A DNA stretch of 64,000 nucleotides from Escherichia phage ph0011, in sequence record OP557969.1. The stretch is one strand, 5' to 3'. The translations under genes were made by a program, and so were the position numbers. Under the pieces are notes generated by a model. That model ran no database searches, was not told where the DNA came from, and saw nothing but the letters and a program-made list of their open reading frames with translations. Of this stretch, positions 1-15,606 are shown in pieces (within the stretch, counting starts at the first letter, position 1; every line of letters begins with the position of its first letter).

Positions 1-1791
<1,791 letters not shown>

Positions 1792-1853
1792 AAAAACTAA
1801 ATGCTATACATAAATATTTTTTTGATTTTTAATAATAAATAATCAAGAGTGTT

Positions 1854-2444
1854 TTGTATTATGGAGAAGAATATACAATGAACAATTTACTACAAGTATT
1901 TAAAATTGAAGTTGCAGGGACAAATCTAGATAATATTCCATATTATATGTATGGTGATTATGATTCGTCTTCCACTACGACTGCACCGACAGATCAGCAG
2001 ACAATTGATAAGTCAGTTGCATTATTGCGTTACCTACAGCTATCTCGTCTGTTATCTACTTATACTGTACCAGTATACAGTACTGTTGAATTTGAGATCC
2101 CAGGAACTGCAAAAACAATCCCAACTGGTGCGACAATTACTGTTGGTTACATTAGTTACGAGCCATTTCTTAGTACACTAAGTGCCACCGAGCAAGCAGC
2201 ATTAAGTACTGAAGAAATGAAAACAGCAAAAGCCGCTGAGATTATCCAAACACTAATCAATGATTCATTGAAAGGTGATGGCACTAATGCAATGGTAAAT
2301 GAAGAGATCACCGTACAGAAAACTATCAATCGCAGTAAGGACGCACTTAGTACAAGTACTGTTGATTTTATTGAATATGAGAACGTGTATCTAGATGTTC
2401 CGTCTGTTACTGACGCATCGGTAGTATCTTACGTTAAACTATAA
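1854..2444 (+). CDS. hypothetical protein (Ser/Thr-rich)
   Basis: 196-aa ORF; start may be the internal ATG at ~1878 (MNNLLQ); no recognisable motif. Confidence 0.5.
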   Translation: MYYGEEYTMNNLLQVFKIEVAGTNLDNIPYYMYGDYDSSSTTTAPTDQQTIDKSVALLRYLQLSRLLSTYTVPVYSTVEFEIPGTAKTIPTGATITVGYISYEPFLSTLSATEQAALSTEEMKTAKAAEIIQTLINDSLKGDGTNAMVNEEITVQKTINRSKDALSTSTVDFIEYENVYLDVPSVTDASVVSYVKL

Positions 2445-2467
2445 TTTTATAACATGGAGTTCTTGAC

Positions 2468-2662
2468 ATGACTAACAAAACATTTTATGATCGTATTATT
2501 GAAGACAAGGGAGTTTTTGATAAGGTAGTTTATGACTTAGAACTTATGATCAAAGACGCACCGAATCCAAGAGTACGAACCCAAGCAGAGTTTGCAAAAA
2601 CTTATCTTGTTCAAGTACAAGCAATTTGTGAAGCAATCAAAAAACATAATGATAGTGCTTGA
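2468..2662 (+). CDS. hypothetical small protein
   Basis: 64-aa ORF in intergenic slot with upstream GGAG-like RBS. Confidence 0.4.
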   Translation: MTNKTFYDRIIEDKGVFDKVVYDLELMIKDAPNPRVRTQAEFAKTYLVQVQAICEAIKKHNDSA

Positions 2663-2731
2663 CAGAACAAAAGTTCTATCCTATAATTACTATCGAACAA
2701 CACATTAAAATCATATTGGAGTTTTTATTAC

Positions 2732-3794
<1,063 letters not shown>

Positions 3795-3812
3795 AATATA
3801 AACTTAAAAAAA

Positions 3813-5973
<2,161 letters not shown>

Positions 5974-5974
<1 letters not shown>

Positions 5975-6765
5975 TGCCTAGTAAAAGCAAAAGTCAAGCC
6001 AAATTCTTTGCTATCGCAGCACATGATCCAGAATTTGCAAAGAAAGCGGGAATTTCACAAAGTACTGCGAAAGAATGGAATACCGCAGATGAAAAGGAAG
6101 GAAATCTTAAAAAAAGTTCTAAACTTCCTAATAAGGTAAAAGAATCAAGTATGCGTGGTTTGGTAGATATAGTAAAAGATGCAGAACTTGCTGATGATAC
6201 AAAAGAAGAACCATGTGATATAATTGATGAATCTGATGATATTGAAAAGTTGGAAGAAATGCCACAACGATTTGATAGTTTTCAAGGTCAAGACCGAGAT
6301 GAGTTTGTCGATAAAACTGCCAAACTAACTGGTAAACATAACATGGTTAAGTTCGCAGAACATAAAGACTATGATGTGTATATTAATAAAAACGGTTCTG
6401 GATTTATCGCTTATGATAAGTCTGGTAAACAGCTTGCTGTCGTTAGTGGTCATTTATCTAATGATGCAGTTCTTGGTGTACAAAATGTATTTGAGATTGC
6501 AGCCACTGCATCTAAAACTGGCACTAAAGGTATCATCTATAACATCTTTATGGATATGGTTGCCCATGGCATTAAAGTGCTAAGCGATAGTTTACACACA
6601 GATGATGCAATTAAATTCTGGACGCGATTGATTGGCTCACATCAAGTTTATGTTGTTGGTGGTGGAGAAGTTCTTTCAAAGGCGAGTCCAGATAAGATTC
6701 ATAAGTACTGGAGTGATGATGAGTCAAGTCCAAGTGCTGAACTTCAACTTATGTTAGTGAAATAA
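5974..6765 (+). CDS. hypothetical acidic protein
   Basis: 263-aa ORF, start overlaps upstream stop (ATAATG); followed by terminator. Confidence 0.55.
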
Positions 6766-6768
6766 TAC

Positions 6769-6796
6769 ATCGGGGCATTTTGTCCCGATATTTTTT
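6769..6796 (+). terminator. rho-independent terminator
   Basis: ATCGGGGCATTTTGTCCCGAT + TTTTTT. Confidence 0.7.
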
Positions 6797-6858
6797 GAGA
6801 CAATAATCACATTGGTGATACAATGTTTTGTGACAAAGAGACATGATAAGGAATTCAA

Positions 6859-8823
6859 ATGGCTAAGAAAGAAAGTGCTGTCCTACAGGAACATGATGTT
6901 CAACGACTAAACGATTATCAACATGCTCGTTTACGTACTGAGATGTATCTCGGTTCTCGTTCAGTACATGAAAGTCAAGTACTGATTTTTGGTGAATCAG
7001 GATATGAAGTTAAGAACGTAGAATGGGTTCCTGCAATTCTTACTGCTACGCGTGAAATTATTGATAATAGCTTGGATGAATTTAAAAAAGCTGGAACTAA
7101 AGAACCTGTTTTGAAAGTTGATTTCAATGAAGAAGAACTATCATTTGAGATTAGTGATAATGGTCGTGGTATTCCGATTGATTATGTTCCAGAGTATCAA
7201 AAAAACCTATGTACAATGGTAATGACTGAAACAAAAACAGGTCGTAACTTTGACGATTCAAAACGTGATGAAACTATTGGTCAGAATGGTTTGGGTGGTT
7301 CAGTTGCGATGATTGTTAGTTCTAAGGCAGAATTGGAAATTCATCGTCAAGGTCGTCCATATAAAACACAAAGCAGTAATGATGGTTATGATGGGTTTTA
7401 TAAGTTCAATCAGAAGTTCGAAGAAGGAACTATTATGTTCCCTGAACTTCATGTACATGAACCTACAATTAGAAAGGTACAAACCGATAAAACTGGAACA
7501 ACAATTCGTTTTACATTGAGCAAAGAAGTTTTTCCAAATAGAAAATTACCTACTGAATTACTTTACAGTATTCTTAAAGAAATGGCAGCCGCAAACCCGA
7601 CTTATAAAATATTTTTGAATGGTAAACGTATTGTCATTAAAGGTAATACAGAGAAAGCATTGTTCAATGCATCGAAATTAATGCAGTTGCATGTTAAAGA
7701 TGATTCATTCAATTTTAACAGTACTTTTTATATTGTTCCTAATGCAGTATCTAACATGAACACCAACTTTCATATGCATGGTTTGGTTAACAATGCACCT
7801 GCTTTTGATGGCGGTACACATCTTGACACATTTAAAAAATTCTTTTCTTTGGGTGTAGGAGCAGCACTAGAGAAAGAATCCAAGAAACGTAGAATGAAAC
7901 CAAACCGTTCTGACATTGAAGAAGGATTGTTGATTTATAACGTCACGACTATGAAAGCACCTTCATTCAACTCACAGATTAAATCTAAACTAACAAATGA
8001 AAATGTAATTCGTCCTATTCAACAAGCAATGAGTTCTGAGTGGTTTGATGAATTGGTTAAGAAGAATAAAGAGTGGGTTGATGAAATTTTTGAACGCTGT
8101 GCGGCCCGTACTAATAAGAAAGATGCTGAAGAAGATCGCCGTTTGGCTAAAAAGCTTCTAAAAGGTAAGGTTGCAAAATTACTTGATAGTACTGGTACTG
8201 ATCGTTCACAGTGTATTTTATTGATTGCAGAAGGTGACTCTGCTATTTCCAACATGGCAAGTGCTCGTATACCAAGTATTCATGGGATTCTACCATTGCG
8301 TGGAAAGATTATGAACGTCAGTGGTTCTGAAAAGACCAAAGAATTAATGGATTCGATGGCATTGCATGACATAATGGCTAGTATCAATTTAGTACCAGGA
8401 GTTAAAGCTGAACGAGCAGACCTGAACTATGGTAAGCTTTATATTTGTGCAGATGAAGATGAAGATGGTAAGAATATCGGAGCATTAGTGTGTAACTTCC
8501 TGTTCAAATTCTGGCCTGAATTGTTCCAAGATCCAGAAAATCCATTTGTGTACATATTCAAAACTCCATTTATCATTCTAGAGAAAGGTAAGGAAACAAA
8601 ATACTACTATGGTCATGACGTACATGAATACAATCCTGACGATTGGAAAGGTTGGAAAGCAACTCGTGCAAAAGGGCTTGGTACGTTAGAAAAATCAAAC
8701 TTCCGCGACGCATTCACACATAGTGTTGCAGTAGCAATCACGGATGATGGACGTCTTGGTGAAACTCTTGATTTGATTTTCAACAAGAAACGTGCAGATG
8801 ACCGCAAGAACTGGATGGAATAA
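6859..8823 (+). CDS. 39: DNA topoisomerase II large subunit (GyrB-like ATPase + TOPRIM; gp39/gp60 fused)
   Basis: 654 aa; ATPase motif IIDNSLDE, GLGGS, TOPRIM LLIAEGDSA, ICADEDEDG; length consistent with unsplit gp39+gp60. Confidence 0.85.
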   Translation: MAKKESAVLQEHDVQRLNDYQHARLRTEMYLGSRSVHESQVLIFGESGYEVKNVEWVPAILTATREIIDNSLDEFKKAGTKEPVLKVDFNEEELSFEISDNGRGIPIDYVPEYQKNLCTMVMTETKTGRNFDDSKRDETIGQNGLGGSVAMIVSSKAELEIHRQGRPYKTQSSNDGYDGFYKFNQKFEEGTIMFPELHVHEPTIRKVQTDKTGTTIRFTLSKEVFPNRKLPTELLYSILKEMAAANPTYKIFLNGKRIVIKGNTEKALFNASKLMQLHVKDDSFNFNSTFYIVPNAVSNMNTNFHMHGLVNNAPAFDGGTHLDTFKKFFSLGVGAALEKESKKRRMKPNRSDIEEGLLIYNVTTMKAPSFNSQIKSKLTNENVIRPIQQAMSSEWFDELVKKNKEWVDEIFERCAARTNKKDAEEDRRLAKKLLKGKVAKLLDSTGTDRSQCILLIAEGDSAISNMASARIPSIHGILPLRGKIMNVSGSEKTKELMDSMALHDIMASINLVPGVKAERADLNYGKLYICADEDEDGKNIGALVCNFLFKFWPELFQDPENPFVYIFKTPFIILEKGKETKYYYGHDVHEYNPDDWKGWKATRAKGLGTLEKSNFRDAFTHSVAVAITDDGRLGETLDLIFNKKRADDRKNWME

Positions 8824-8834
8824 TATAGGCTAAT

Positions 8835-8858
8835 GGGGGACATTGTGTTCCCCTTTTA
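8835..8858 (+). terminator. rho-independent terminator
   Basis: GGGGGACATTGTGTTCCCC + TTTT. Confidence 0.6.
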
Positions 8859-8873
8859 TAAAGAGACAATGGA

Positions 8874-10286
8874 ATGGCTAAAAGTAAAAAAACAGAAAAT
8901 CATAATATCGATAACCAAACGCTAACTCTACTAGATTATAACAGTTCTGATTATGTGAATACCACATCATTAGAGTATTCAATGTACACACTAGATCGTG
9001 CAATTCCAGGCATTGACGGTCTAAAGAGTTCACAACGAAAAGCAATTTTCACATTATCTAAAATCAGTGGTGAAATTAAAACAGTATCATGTGCTGGTAA
9101 AATGATCAGTGATGGTATCTATCTTCATGGTGACACATCTGCATCAGGAACACTTCAGAACTTAGCATCACCAGTAGCCAATAATTATCCACTAATAGGC
9201 AAACGTGGTGGTTTTGGTACACAAGTAAACAGTACACCAGCATCTGCTCGTTACACATACGTGAAGAAGAATAAGAGTACTGAGATGCTTGTTTTGCGTG
9301 ATGTAGATATTATTCCAATGAAAGAGAACTATGACGGTACAACATACGAACCAGTTCATTTCTTGCCTATCATTCCATTATCATTGTTTGGTAATGATAG
9401 TATGTCAGTTGGTTATAAGAGCACAATTCTACCACATAAAATTGAAGATATTATTGATAACTGTATTCGTGCTATTGATAAAAAACCACTAAAAGAAATG
9501 ACCCCATATTATGTTTCATGTGGTGCAAGTGATGTAGTAACCAAGCTGGATGAAAACAAGTACGAGTTCTATGGTAAAGCACAAGTCATTGATGCAAGTA
9601 CTGTTAAAGTAACAGGATTACCACCTAATTATGGTATTGAGAAGTTCATTGAAAAACTGATCAAAATGAGTGATGATGGGGAAATTCGTGATTATGACAA
9701 TAACAGTACTGATGTAATTGATATTACAATTAAACTTCCACGTGGAACTTCAGCTAAATGGACAGAGATGGATGTTATTGAGTATTTTGGTATTAACAAA
9801 AAAATAACTCAACATTTAACTGTTCTTGGTGAAAATGGTAAAGTAAAAGTTTACGATACTACTATGGATTTGATTAAAGACTTCGTGGATTTTCGTTTCA
9901 AATATTATATCAAGCGTTATGAAAAGAAACTTGATGATTGTGCCGCTGAGGTTCGTTATAAAATTCTAATTAAAGAATGTTTCGATAATGATATGATTGC
10001 GAAAGTAAAAGGATTTGCAAACCGTACCGAAATGGTTAATTTTGTTAAGTCGTTAAATACTGAAATTGAAGCATCTGACGAGAATATCCAAAGTATTGTT
10101 AACTTCCCATCATATCGCTGGACACAAGATAACTACCAATCAGTACTGCAAGATATTCAAGACAATCTAGAATTGATGGATAAGTACAATGAATTACTAT
10201 CCAACCATGATCTGATTTGGGATATTTATAAATCCGAACTTAAAGAACTAAAAAAGATTGATTTCACACCTAAATCTGATAATTGA
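8874..10286 (+). CDS. 52: DNA topoisomerase II medium subunit (GyrA-like, gp52)
   Basis: 470 aa; YSMYTLDRAIPGIDGLKSSQRKAIF resembles GyrA/ParC N-terminal region. Confidence 0.8.
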   Translation: MAKSKKTENHNIDNQTLTLLDYNSSDYVNTTSLEYSMYTLDRAIPGIDGLKSSQRKAIFTLSKISGEIKTVSCAGKMISDGIYLHGDTSASGTLQNLASPVANNYPLIGKRGGFGTQVNSTPASARYTYVKKNKSTEMLVLRDVDIIPMKENYDGTTYEPVHFLPIIPLSLFGNDSMSVGYKSTILPHKIEDIIDNCIRAIDKKPLKEMTPYYVSCGASDVVTKLDENKYEFYGKAQVIDASTVKVTGLPPNYGIEKFIEKLIKMSDDGEIRDYDNNSTDVIDITIKLPRGTSAKWTEMDVIEYFGINKKITQHLTVLGENGKVKVYDTTMDLIKDFVDFRFKYYIKRYEKKLDDCAAEVRYKILIKECFDNDMIAKVKGFANRTEMVNFVKSLNTEIEASDENIQSIVNFPSYRWTQDNYQSVLQDIQDNLELMDKYNELLSNHDLIWDIYKSELKELKKIDFTPKSDN

Positions 10287-10296
10287 TATATTTAAT

Positions 10297-10328
10297 GGAA
10301 GACCCAATGGGTCTTCCTTGTCCTTTAT
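10297..10328 (+). terminator. rho-independent terminator (weak T tract)
   Basis: Perfect palindrome GGAAGACCCAATGGGTCTTCC then TTGTCCTTT. Confidence 0.5.
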
Positions 10329-10346
10329 ATAAATAATCTATAGATA

Positions 10347-12767
10347 ATGGTAGCTTGGCTATGGAGAATTACAATGACAACTTTTACCCCACGTTGGGAT
10401 ATAAAAGCCGATGCTCGATATATACAAGAAGGACAAGACATTCTTTTGCGTTTGAGTATCAACAAAAATAGCACAACAGATGCTAGTTATGTATTAAATG
10501 AAGATGAATACTTAGAGATGATTCTTACAATACAATGCTTGGATAGTTCAGGTGCAGTATTTGAGCCAGAATCACATTATACTTTTTTTGTGGGTAATGA
10601 TGAAAACAGTTTTATACCCATTTCTGAAGGAACTACTGGAAATAAATTGGTAAATGGGAAACATAAATGTAAAATTAGTAAAACACAATTTAACTTATCA
10701 GGCAGTACTAATAGTGAAGATATATATTTTATAAAAATTCATTGTAAAAATAACGGAACATTCAACAATACCGAAATTATCAATTTTTATTTACAGGCAG
10801 TAAATGTGATGTATTTTGGTAATATTGCACCTAGTGGTGTGTTGGGAACAACTGACGCATCAGTAACATATGATAGCCAGGAAGTTTGGGTTACACCTGG
10901 TGTAGAGATTGGTGATGATAAAAAACCATACTGCATCGGGGATGTTGATTATGGTTCTAACAGTACATTGTTTGTACAAGGATTTGGAAGAAGACGACCT
11001 TTTATATTTGGGACTGACACTACTCTTGATTTCACCCCACGAGTATTCTACCCAGCTTATAGATTGCTTGATATGGATATATCGGAAGTTCCACAGAATC
11101 ACATCACAAAGGATTATGCCGTTTTTAAACCAGCACAAACTGTATGGCCTATTTCGGGTATAAACAAAGAAGTTAAAGTTAACATTCAAAACAAAAACGG
11201 AAGCACAATTGATACTGGAATGATTTTCAACCCAAATGGTCAATTACTTCAAACATTTTTATACGAATCTGAAGCATGTGACGCATATTTTAAGGTTGAG
11301 ATTGTAGACATTTTAAGTACTTATGTAGATGATAGTGAGAGATTTGCAATAAATCAACGTTACAAAGCATATCAAATGTGGGTATGTCCAGAAGACATAG
11401 ACACTATATATTCAATCTCTGATAAACCATTACCAAATCATTTGTACCAATTAAAAGATAATATAGTTTATCCATATGTAATTAGTGGTGAGTATGACGA
11501 TGGCACACTTAAGCCTGTATATGATAGTAGTGATTGGATAGATTTAGGTTATTACGATCCAACTCTTGGTGAAAATATCATTGGAATGCAAAAAATATTC
11601 AGGGTATTAGTTAATGCAGAAGAAGGGAATAACATAAACTTCATAACTGAGAGTGACTTAGGAACCATTCATGTTGGTGAATACTTTGGGAATAGCGTCT
11701 ATCCTAAGATAGAAACTGATAGTACAAGTCAGGTTTCTTATATATTAGATGGTGGTGATGATATTAGAAAATATGGAATGGACTTAACACCAGATGGTTA
11801 TCTAGTAGGAACTGCATTTGCTAAAAGTGTGGATTTTAGTGCTAATGATGATATTAAACTTTCATTTTACGTTAAAGCATTCAGTTCTGAAGGTGGTGAG
11901 GCAAGAAAATTATTTAATCTTAAAATCATAAGAGGTTTTGGGCAAAATTATTTAAGTGCACATGTTCTACCATCTGTTTCTTTTGAAAGAGATTGGTTTA
12001 AATGTATTAGTACTTCATCATTTACTAACCAATTATTTTTCCGTCAATCCGATGATAGATATGGTCTTCAAAAAGTACCAAAAATGCTATTGAAAGAAAA
12101 TTTTCTAAGTCAAACGTACCCATACACCAATCTTTCTGATATTAAGAAAGTATTACGAAAGAGTATTGTTGATACAAACGGAACCACTATTCCGAATGGT
12201 AAATTTAAAATGGTAATGGGTAATTATAAATTGTTATCAGCACTTGACAATCAAGGAAATTTACAATATGATTTATTGTATCGTGAAGTTTTACCTGAAG
12301 GTTCGTTGGTGTCAGTGTCTAAAAATCCACGCCAGTACACACAAATTGACAATGGCCTACTGGGTGAACTGTTTGGTTTACGACAAAACATATTCAAAGC
12401 AATTGGTGAAGATACAACCAACTTGGTCAAAGATCCTACAGATTTACAAAACCGTGGTATGTATGTTGATGCTATACCTAGTGTTAGTGATGAGATGCTT
12501 GATACTGTTCCTAGGTTTATGAATCATCCCTATATTGAAAATAACCTACAGAAAAAATTCATGCCTATAATTCCAGTTGCATATTGTCTGCCAGGCAAAG
12601 GTGAAGCATTTTTCAACACTTTACTACAGAATAATGAACATGGTACAATGGTCGGTCTAGAATTTGAAATTACATCGGTGGAGTTTGGGTATTTTTCACA
12701 TGAATCAGATAATTATGTACCTGATACATTTGTAATTACATTACCAAACAATAACATAGGAGTTTAA
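10347..12767 (+). CDS. hypothetical large protein
   Basis: 806-aa uninterrupted ORF; start may be ~10374 (MTTFTPRW); no motif recognised. Confidence 0.55.
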   Translation: MVAWLWRITMTTFTPRWDIKADARYIQEGQDILLRLSINKNSTTDASYVLNEDEYLEMILTIQCLDSSGAVFEPESHYTFFVGNDENSFIPISEGTTGNKLVNGKHKCKISKTQFNLSGSTNSEDIYFIKIHCKNNGTFNNTEIINFYLQAVNVMYFGNIAPSGVLGTTDASVTYDSQEVWVTPGVEIGDDKKPYCIGDVDYGSNSTLFVQGFGRRRPFIFGTDTTLDFTPRVFYPAYRLLDMDISEVPQNHITKDYAVFKPAQTVWPISGINKEVKVNIQNKNGSTIDTGMIFNPNGQLLQTFLYESEACDAYFKVEIVDILSTYVDDSERFAINQRYKAYQMWVCPEDIDTIYSISDKPLPNHLYQLKDNIVYPYVISGEYDDGTLKPVYDSSDWIDLGYYDPTLGENIIGMQKIFRVLVNAEEGNNINFITESDLGTIHVGEYFGNSVYPKIETDSTSQVSYILDGGDDIRKYGMDLTPDGYLVGTAFAKSVDFSANDDIKLSFYVKAFSSEGGEARKLFNLKIIRGFGQNYLSAHVLPSVSFERDWFKCISTSSFTNQLFFRQSDDRYGLQKVPKMLLKENFLSQTYPYTNLSDIKKVLRKSIVDTNGTTIPNGKFKMVMGNYKLLSALDNQGNLQYDLLYREVLPEGSLVSVSKNPRQYTQIDNGLLGELFGLRQNIFKAIGEDTTNLVKDPTDLQNRGMYVDAIPSVSDEMLDTVPRFMNHPYIENNLQKKFMPIIPVAYCLPGKGEAFFNTLLQNNEHGTMVGLEFEITSVEFGYFSHESDNYVPDTFVITLPNNNIGV

Positions 12768-12768
12768 T

Positions 12769-13080
12769 ATGTTTAATCCATTTTTTGACCCGTCTGGGAT
12801 GACGGATAAAGAATTACAGTTAAAAATCAACGAGCAATCATTACGTTTGACATCTGCACGTGCGGCTGGTATGAGTGATATGATTATTGGTAATATGCAA
12901 ATGGTGCTAAATCAATGTTATGCTGAACTAGAACTTCGCCAGGGACATAAAGAGAAAAATGTTTATGATGAAGAAGACCCGTGTATCTTCGACATGGACT
13001 CGTATCTAACTGACAACGAAGAGGCTCAGAAGAAGAAAAATGAAAGTACAAGGAAACAGATTTATAAGTCCCAATGGTGA
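12769..13080 (+). CDS. hypothetical protein
   Basis: 103-aa ORF directly abutting upstream stop. Confidence 0.45.
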   Translation: MFNPFFDPSGMTDKELQLKINEQSLRLTSARAAGMSDMIIGNMQMVLNQCYAELELRQGHKEKNVYDEEDPCIFDMDSYLTDNEEAQKKKNESTRKQIYKSQW

Positions 13081-13558
13081 TGTGAAATGTAATCTTAATG
13101 CAGTTGTTTATGCAATCAACTGTGGTGCAGATATCCAGTACTTACAATTACAGGAAATCGATGAACCTGAAAGGTTAAAATTCAATGATAACTGTAAAAA
13201 ATTTGGTTTAGAGCAACGTATGCTGGATTATACCATTGAACATGATAAAAATCATGAACTTTGGCGTTATGATCCAGTATATGATAATATAAATCTACGT
13301 GACTTTTTTTTACAAAAGTGTACATCTGATGAAGCACGAACACGTGTTGAGTATGAGCTTGAATTATATGAATATTATAATATGACAAAACTATTAAGAT
13401 GTATGATCTGGCTCGTTGATTACATGGAAGAACATGAAATCTTTTGGGGTCTGGGGCGTGGAAGCTCTGTTGCATCATATTGCTTATACTTGATTGGACT
13501 ACATATGGTAGATTCATTGAAGTATGACCTTGATGTGAACGAATTTTTGAAATGGTAG
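13040..13558 (+). CDS. hypothetical protein
   Basis: 172-aa ORF; track start overlaps previous gene by 41 nt, true start probably downstream. Confidence 0.45.
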   Translation: MKVQGNRFISPNGDVKCNLNAVVYAINCGADIQYLQLQEIDEPERLKFNDNCKKFGLEQRMLDYTIEHDKNHELWRYDPVYDNINLRDFFLQKCTSDEARTRVEYELELYEYYNMTKLLRCMIWLVDYMEEHEIFWGLGRGSSVASYCLYLIGLHMVDSLKYDLDVNEFLKW

Positions 13559-13565
13559 ATAAACA

Positions 13566-13576
13566 TGTGATATAAT
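13566..13576 (+). promoter_or_regulatory. extended -10 promoter TGTGATATAAT inside an inverted repeat
   Basis: TGTGATATAATG followed by ...TTATATCACACA; 45 nt upstream of CDS 13623. Confidence 0.45.
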
Positions 13577-13622
13577 GTGTATTGTAGTTATTATATCACA
13601 CATAAAATAAAAGGATTTTGAT

Positions 13623-13967
13623 ATGTCTAAACATACAACTTATCGTGGTACAACAATTGACATGGATATGCTCAAGTACCAAAATCAACACCAGGTAGCA
13701 TTGGGTAATGCAAATCTAAATGCACGTGGTGATAAAATTGGCTCAGGTGGAACAATTATCAAAACTCGTGAAGAGTTACTTCAAGAAAAAGAACGTGAAA
13801 TGCAAATTCCTGATTTTATTCCTGAACATCAACTTCATAGTACTGAACATAGTACTGAAGAAGTATGGGATGATGAAAGCTTTGAAGTTATGCCCGAAGT
13901 AAAAGAAGCTGAGGTTTCTGAAGAAAAGAAAGCCCCACGTCGAGCAAGAACTAAAGAACAGGAGTGA
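13623..13967 (+). CDS. hypothetical protein
   Basis: 114-aa ORF downstream of TGTGATATAAT promoter; acidic C-terminus. Confidence 0.5.
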   Translation: MSKHTTYRGTTIDMDMLKYQNQHQVALGNANLNARGDKIGSGGTIIKTREELLQEKEREMQIPDFIPEHQLHSTEHSTEEVWDDESFEVMPEVKEAEVSEEKKAPRRARTKEQE

Positions 13968-14302
13968 TGTGTCAAATGACTAATAAAGTAATGACTGCAT
14001 GTAAAGGTAAAGTTCTAGTAACTGATCTGGAACATGGTGAACGTAAAACAGCAGGTGGGATCGTTTTAACGAACGATGATGGCAAAATCAGGGGCATTCG
14101 TTCTCGCTGGGCAAAAGTCTATTCGGTCGGTGAAGACATTACTGATATTAAAGAAGGACAATGGATTTTAATCGATCACGGTCGATGGTCAAGAACTATT
14201 GAAGTTGATGGCATTGAATTGAACTTGGTTGATTACCCTGCTGCTGTTAGTTTAGTATCAGATGAAGATCCAAGAACAAAAATGCTAACCTTTGGACGTT
14301 AA
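13964..14302 (+). CDS. 31: GroES-like co-chaperonin (gp31-like)
   Basis: 112 aa; KVLV...ERKTAGGIVL... matches GroES fold signature; T4 gp31 is a GroES analog. Confidence 0.65.
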   Translation: MMCQMTNKVMTACKGKVLVTDLEHGERKTAGGIVLTNDDGKIRGIRSRWAKVYSVGEDITDIKEGQWILIDHGRWSRTIEVDGIELNLVDYPAAVSLVSDEDPRTKMLTFGR

Positions 14303-14316
14303 CAAAAAATCAATTG

Positions 14317-14346
14317 AAGCTCGGATAGAAATCTGGGCTTTTTATT
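14317..14346 (+). terminator. possible terminator
   Basis: AAGCTC...GGGCTT stem (one G-U) + TTTTTAT. Confidence 0.4.
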
Positions 14347-14359
14347 TGGACAAAAAATA

Positions 14360-14629
14360 ATGATAACTGATGATGGTAAATTTAGTTTCAAAGATGTAAC
14401 ATTAGTGTCAAAGAATGGAAGATTCATGTTTGAGGATAGAAAAAATACCAAATATGTATATGAAGTTTCACATGATATGTTTAAAGTTTTATTAGTTGCT
14501 TCAGCACAAGCTGAAAGTACTGGAATTAAAAATAAGGCAAATTCTTTTAATTTTTTATTAAATCAACTTGAGATGACAGAAGAACTTTTCACGGCTTTAT
14601 TATATGATTCAGCCGATTGGATTCTATAA
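14360..14629 (+). CDS. hypothetical protein
   Basis: 89-aa ORF. Confidence 0.4.
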   Translation: MITDDGKFSFKDVTLVSKNGRFMFEDRKNTKYVYEVSHDMFKVLLVASAQAESTGIKNKANSFNFLLNQLEMTEELFTALLYDSADWIL

Positions 14630-15606
14630 CACGTACACAGAAGGAAATACACATGACCACACTATGGACTGAAAAATATCGCCCACAAACAATGGAAGAT
14701 TATGTATCAAAAAATGATGCTCTACGTCAGAAAATGGAAGAATGGATTAAAACTGGCGACATTCCACATATTGGTTTTTTTGGCCCAGCAGGAACTGGTA
14801 AAACATCTGCAATTAAAGTACTTATTAATGGTTTGGTTCAGAACGGACACCTCGACCCAAGTGACGTAACCACACTTAATATGTCAGATGAAGGTATTGA
14901 TGCTGTGCGTGATAAAATTGATGCCGCAGCAAAACTATCATGCTTTGGACGATATCGTATTTTTGTTCTTGAAGAAATGGAACAAATGAACCATAAAGCA
15001 CAAGGTAGCTTGAAGCGTGTCATGGAAGACTATCATGAAAATGCTCGCTTTATTTTAACAAGTAATGAACCACATAAAATTCAAAAACCTATTATCTCTC
15101 GCGTTCAAGTCATTACAATTGAAAAACATGACATGGAACAGTTCATGACAAGAATTTATAATATCCTTCTCGCTGAAGGTGTTGATCTGAGTAGTGATGA
15201 TAGTGTTGAACAAGTTCAAAAGTACATCAATGCTTCATATCCAGATTTTCGTAAAACGCTAAACGTATTGCAAAGTTCAGTTGTTGATGGTAAACTAGTC
15301 AAACTTGAGGATAGTATTGAAAATTCTGCCGGATATCGCACTGCAATCATTGATGCGTTGAAGGCAGGAAATATCCGTCAAATGCGAGAGCAAATTGTTC
15401 AATCTATCCCTGATGATGAAATGGATGCATTTTTTTCGTACTTGTACCGAAATGCGGAAATGTTCAGTACTGACGAAATCACACTGATGAAGATTAAAGT
15501 TAAAATTCGTGATGCTGTTGTTAAGCAAGCAACAGTATCCGACCGTGAAATGAATCTTAGTGCATTGTTGTGTGAGATTGATCTAATTTGTTCGGGGAAC
15601 ATGTAA
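14617..15606 (+). CDS. 44: clamp loader large subunit (gp44-like, RFC-type AAA+)
   Basis: WTEKYRPQT...PHIGFFGPAGTGKTS (Walker A), FVLEEME (Walker B), SRVQVI sensor; likely start ~14653. Confidence 0.8.
   Translation: MDSITRTQKEIHMTTLWTEKYRPQTMEDYVSKNDALRQKMEEWIKTGDIPHIGFFGPAGTGKTSAIKVLINGLVQNGHLDPSDVTTLNMSDEGIDAVRDKIDAAAKLSCFGRYRIFVLEEMEQMNHKAQGSLKRVMEDYHENARFILTSNEPHKIQKPIISRVQVITIEKHDMEQFMTRIYNILLAEGVDLSSDDSVEQVQKYINASYPDFRKTLNVLQSSVVDGKLVKLEDSIENSAGYRTAIIDALKAGNIRQMREQIVQSIPDDEMDAFFSYLYRNAEMFSTDEITLMKIKVKIRDAVVKQATVSDREMNLSALLCEIDLICSGNM

Noticed and set aside
1951-2181. 76-aa alternative-frame ORF inside CDS 1854-2444
   Set aside because: Fully embedded in a longer same-strand ORF; Leu/Arg-rich composition typical of out-of-frame translation. 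Same reasoning for 6371-6583, 7313-7519, 10909-11163, 12244-12522, 13720-13902, 17936-18160, 35127-35309, 36032-36289, 43327-43524, 52383-52613, 53944-54138, 56042-56224 and 60166-60366.
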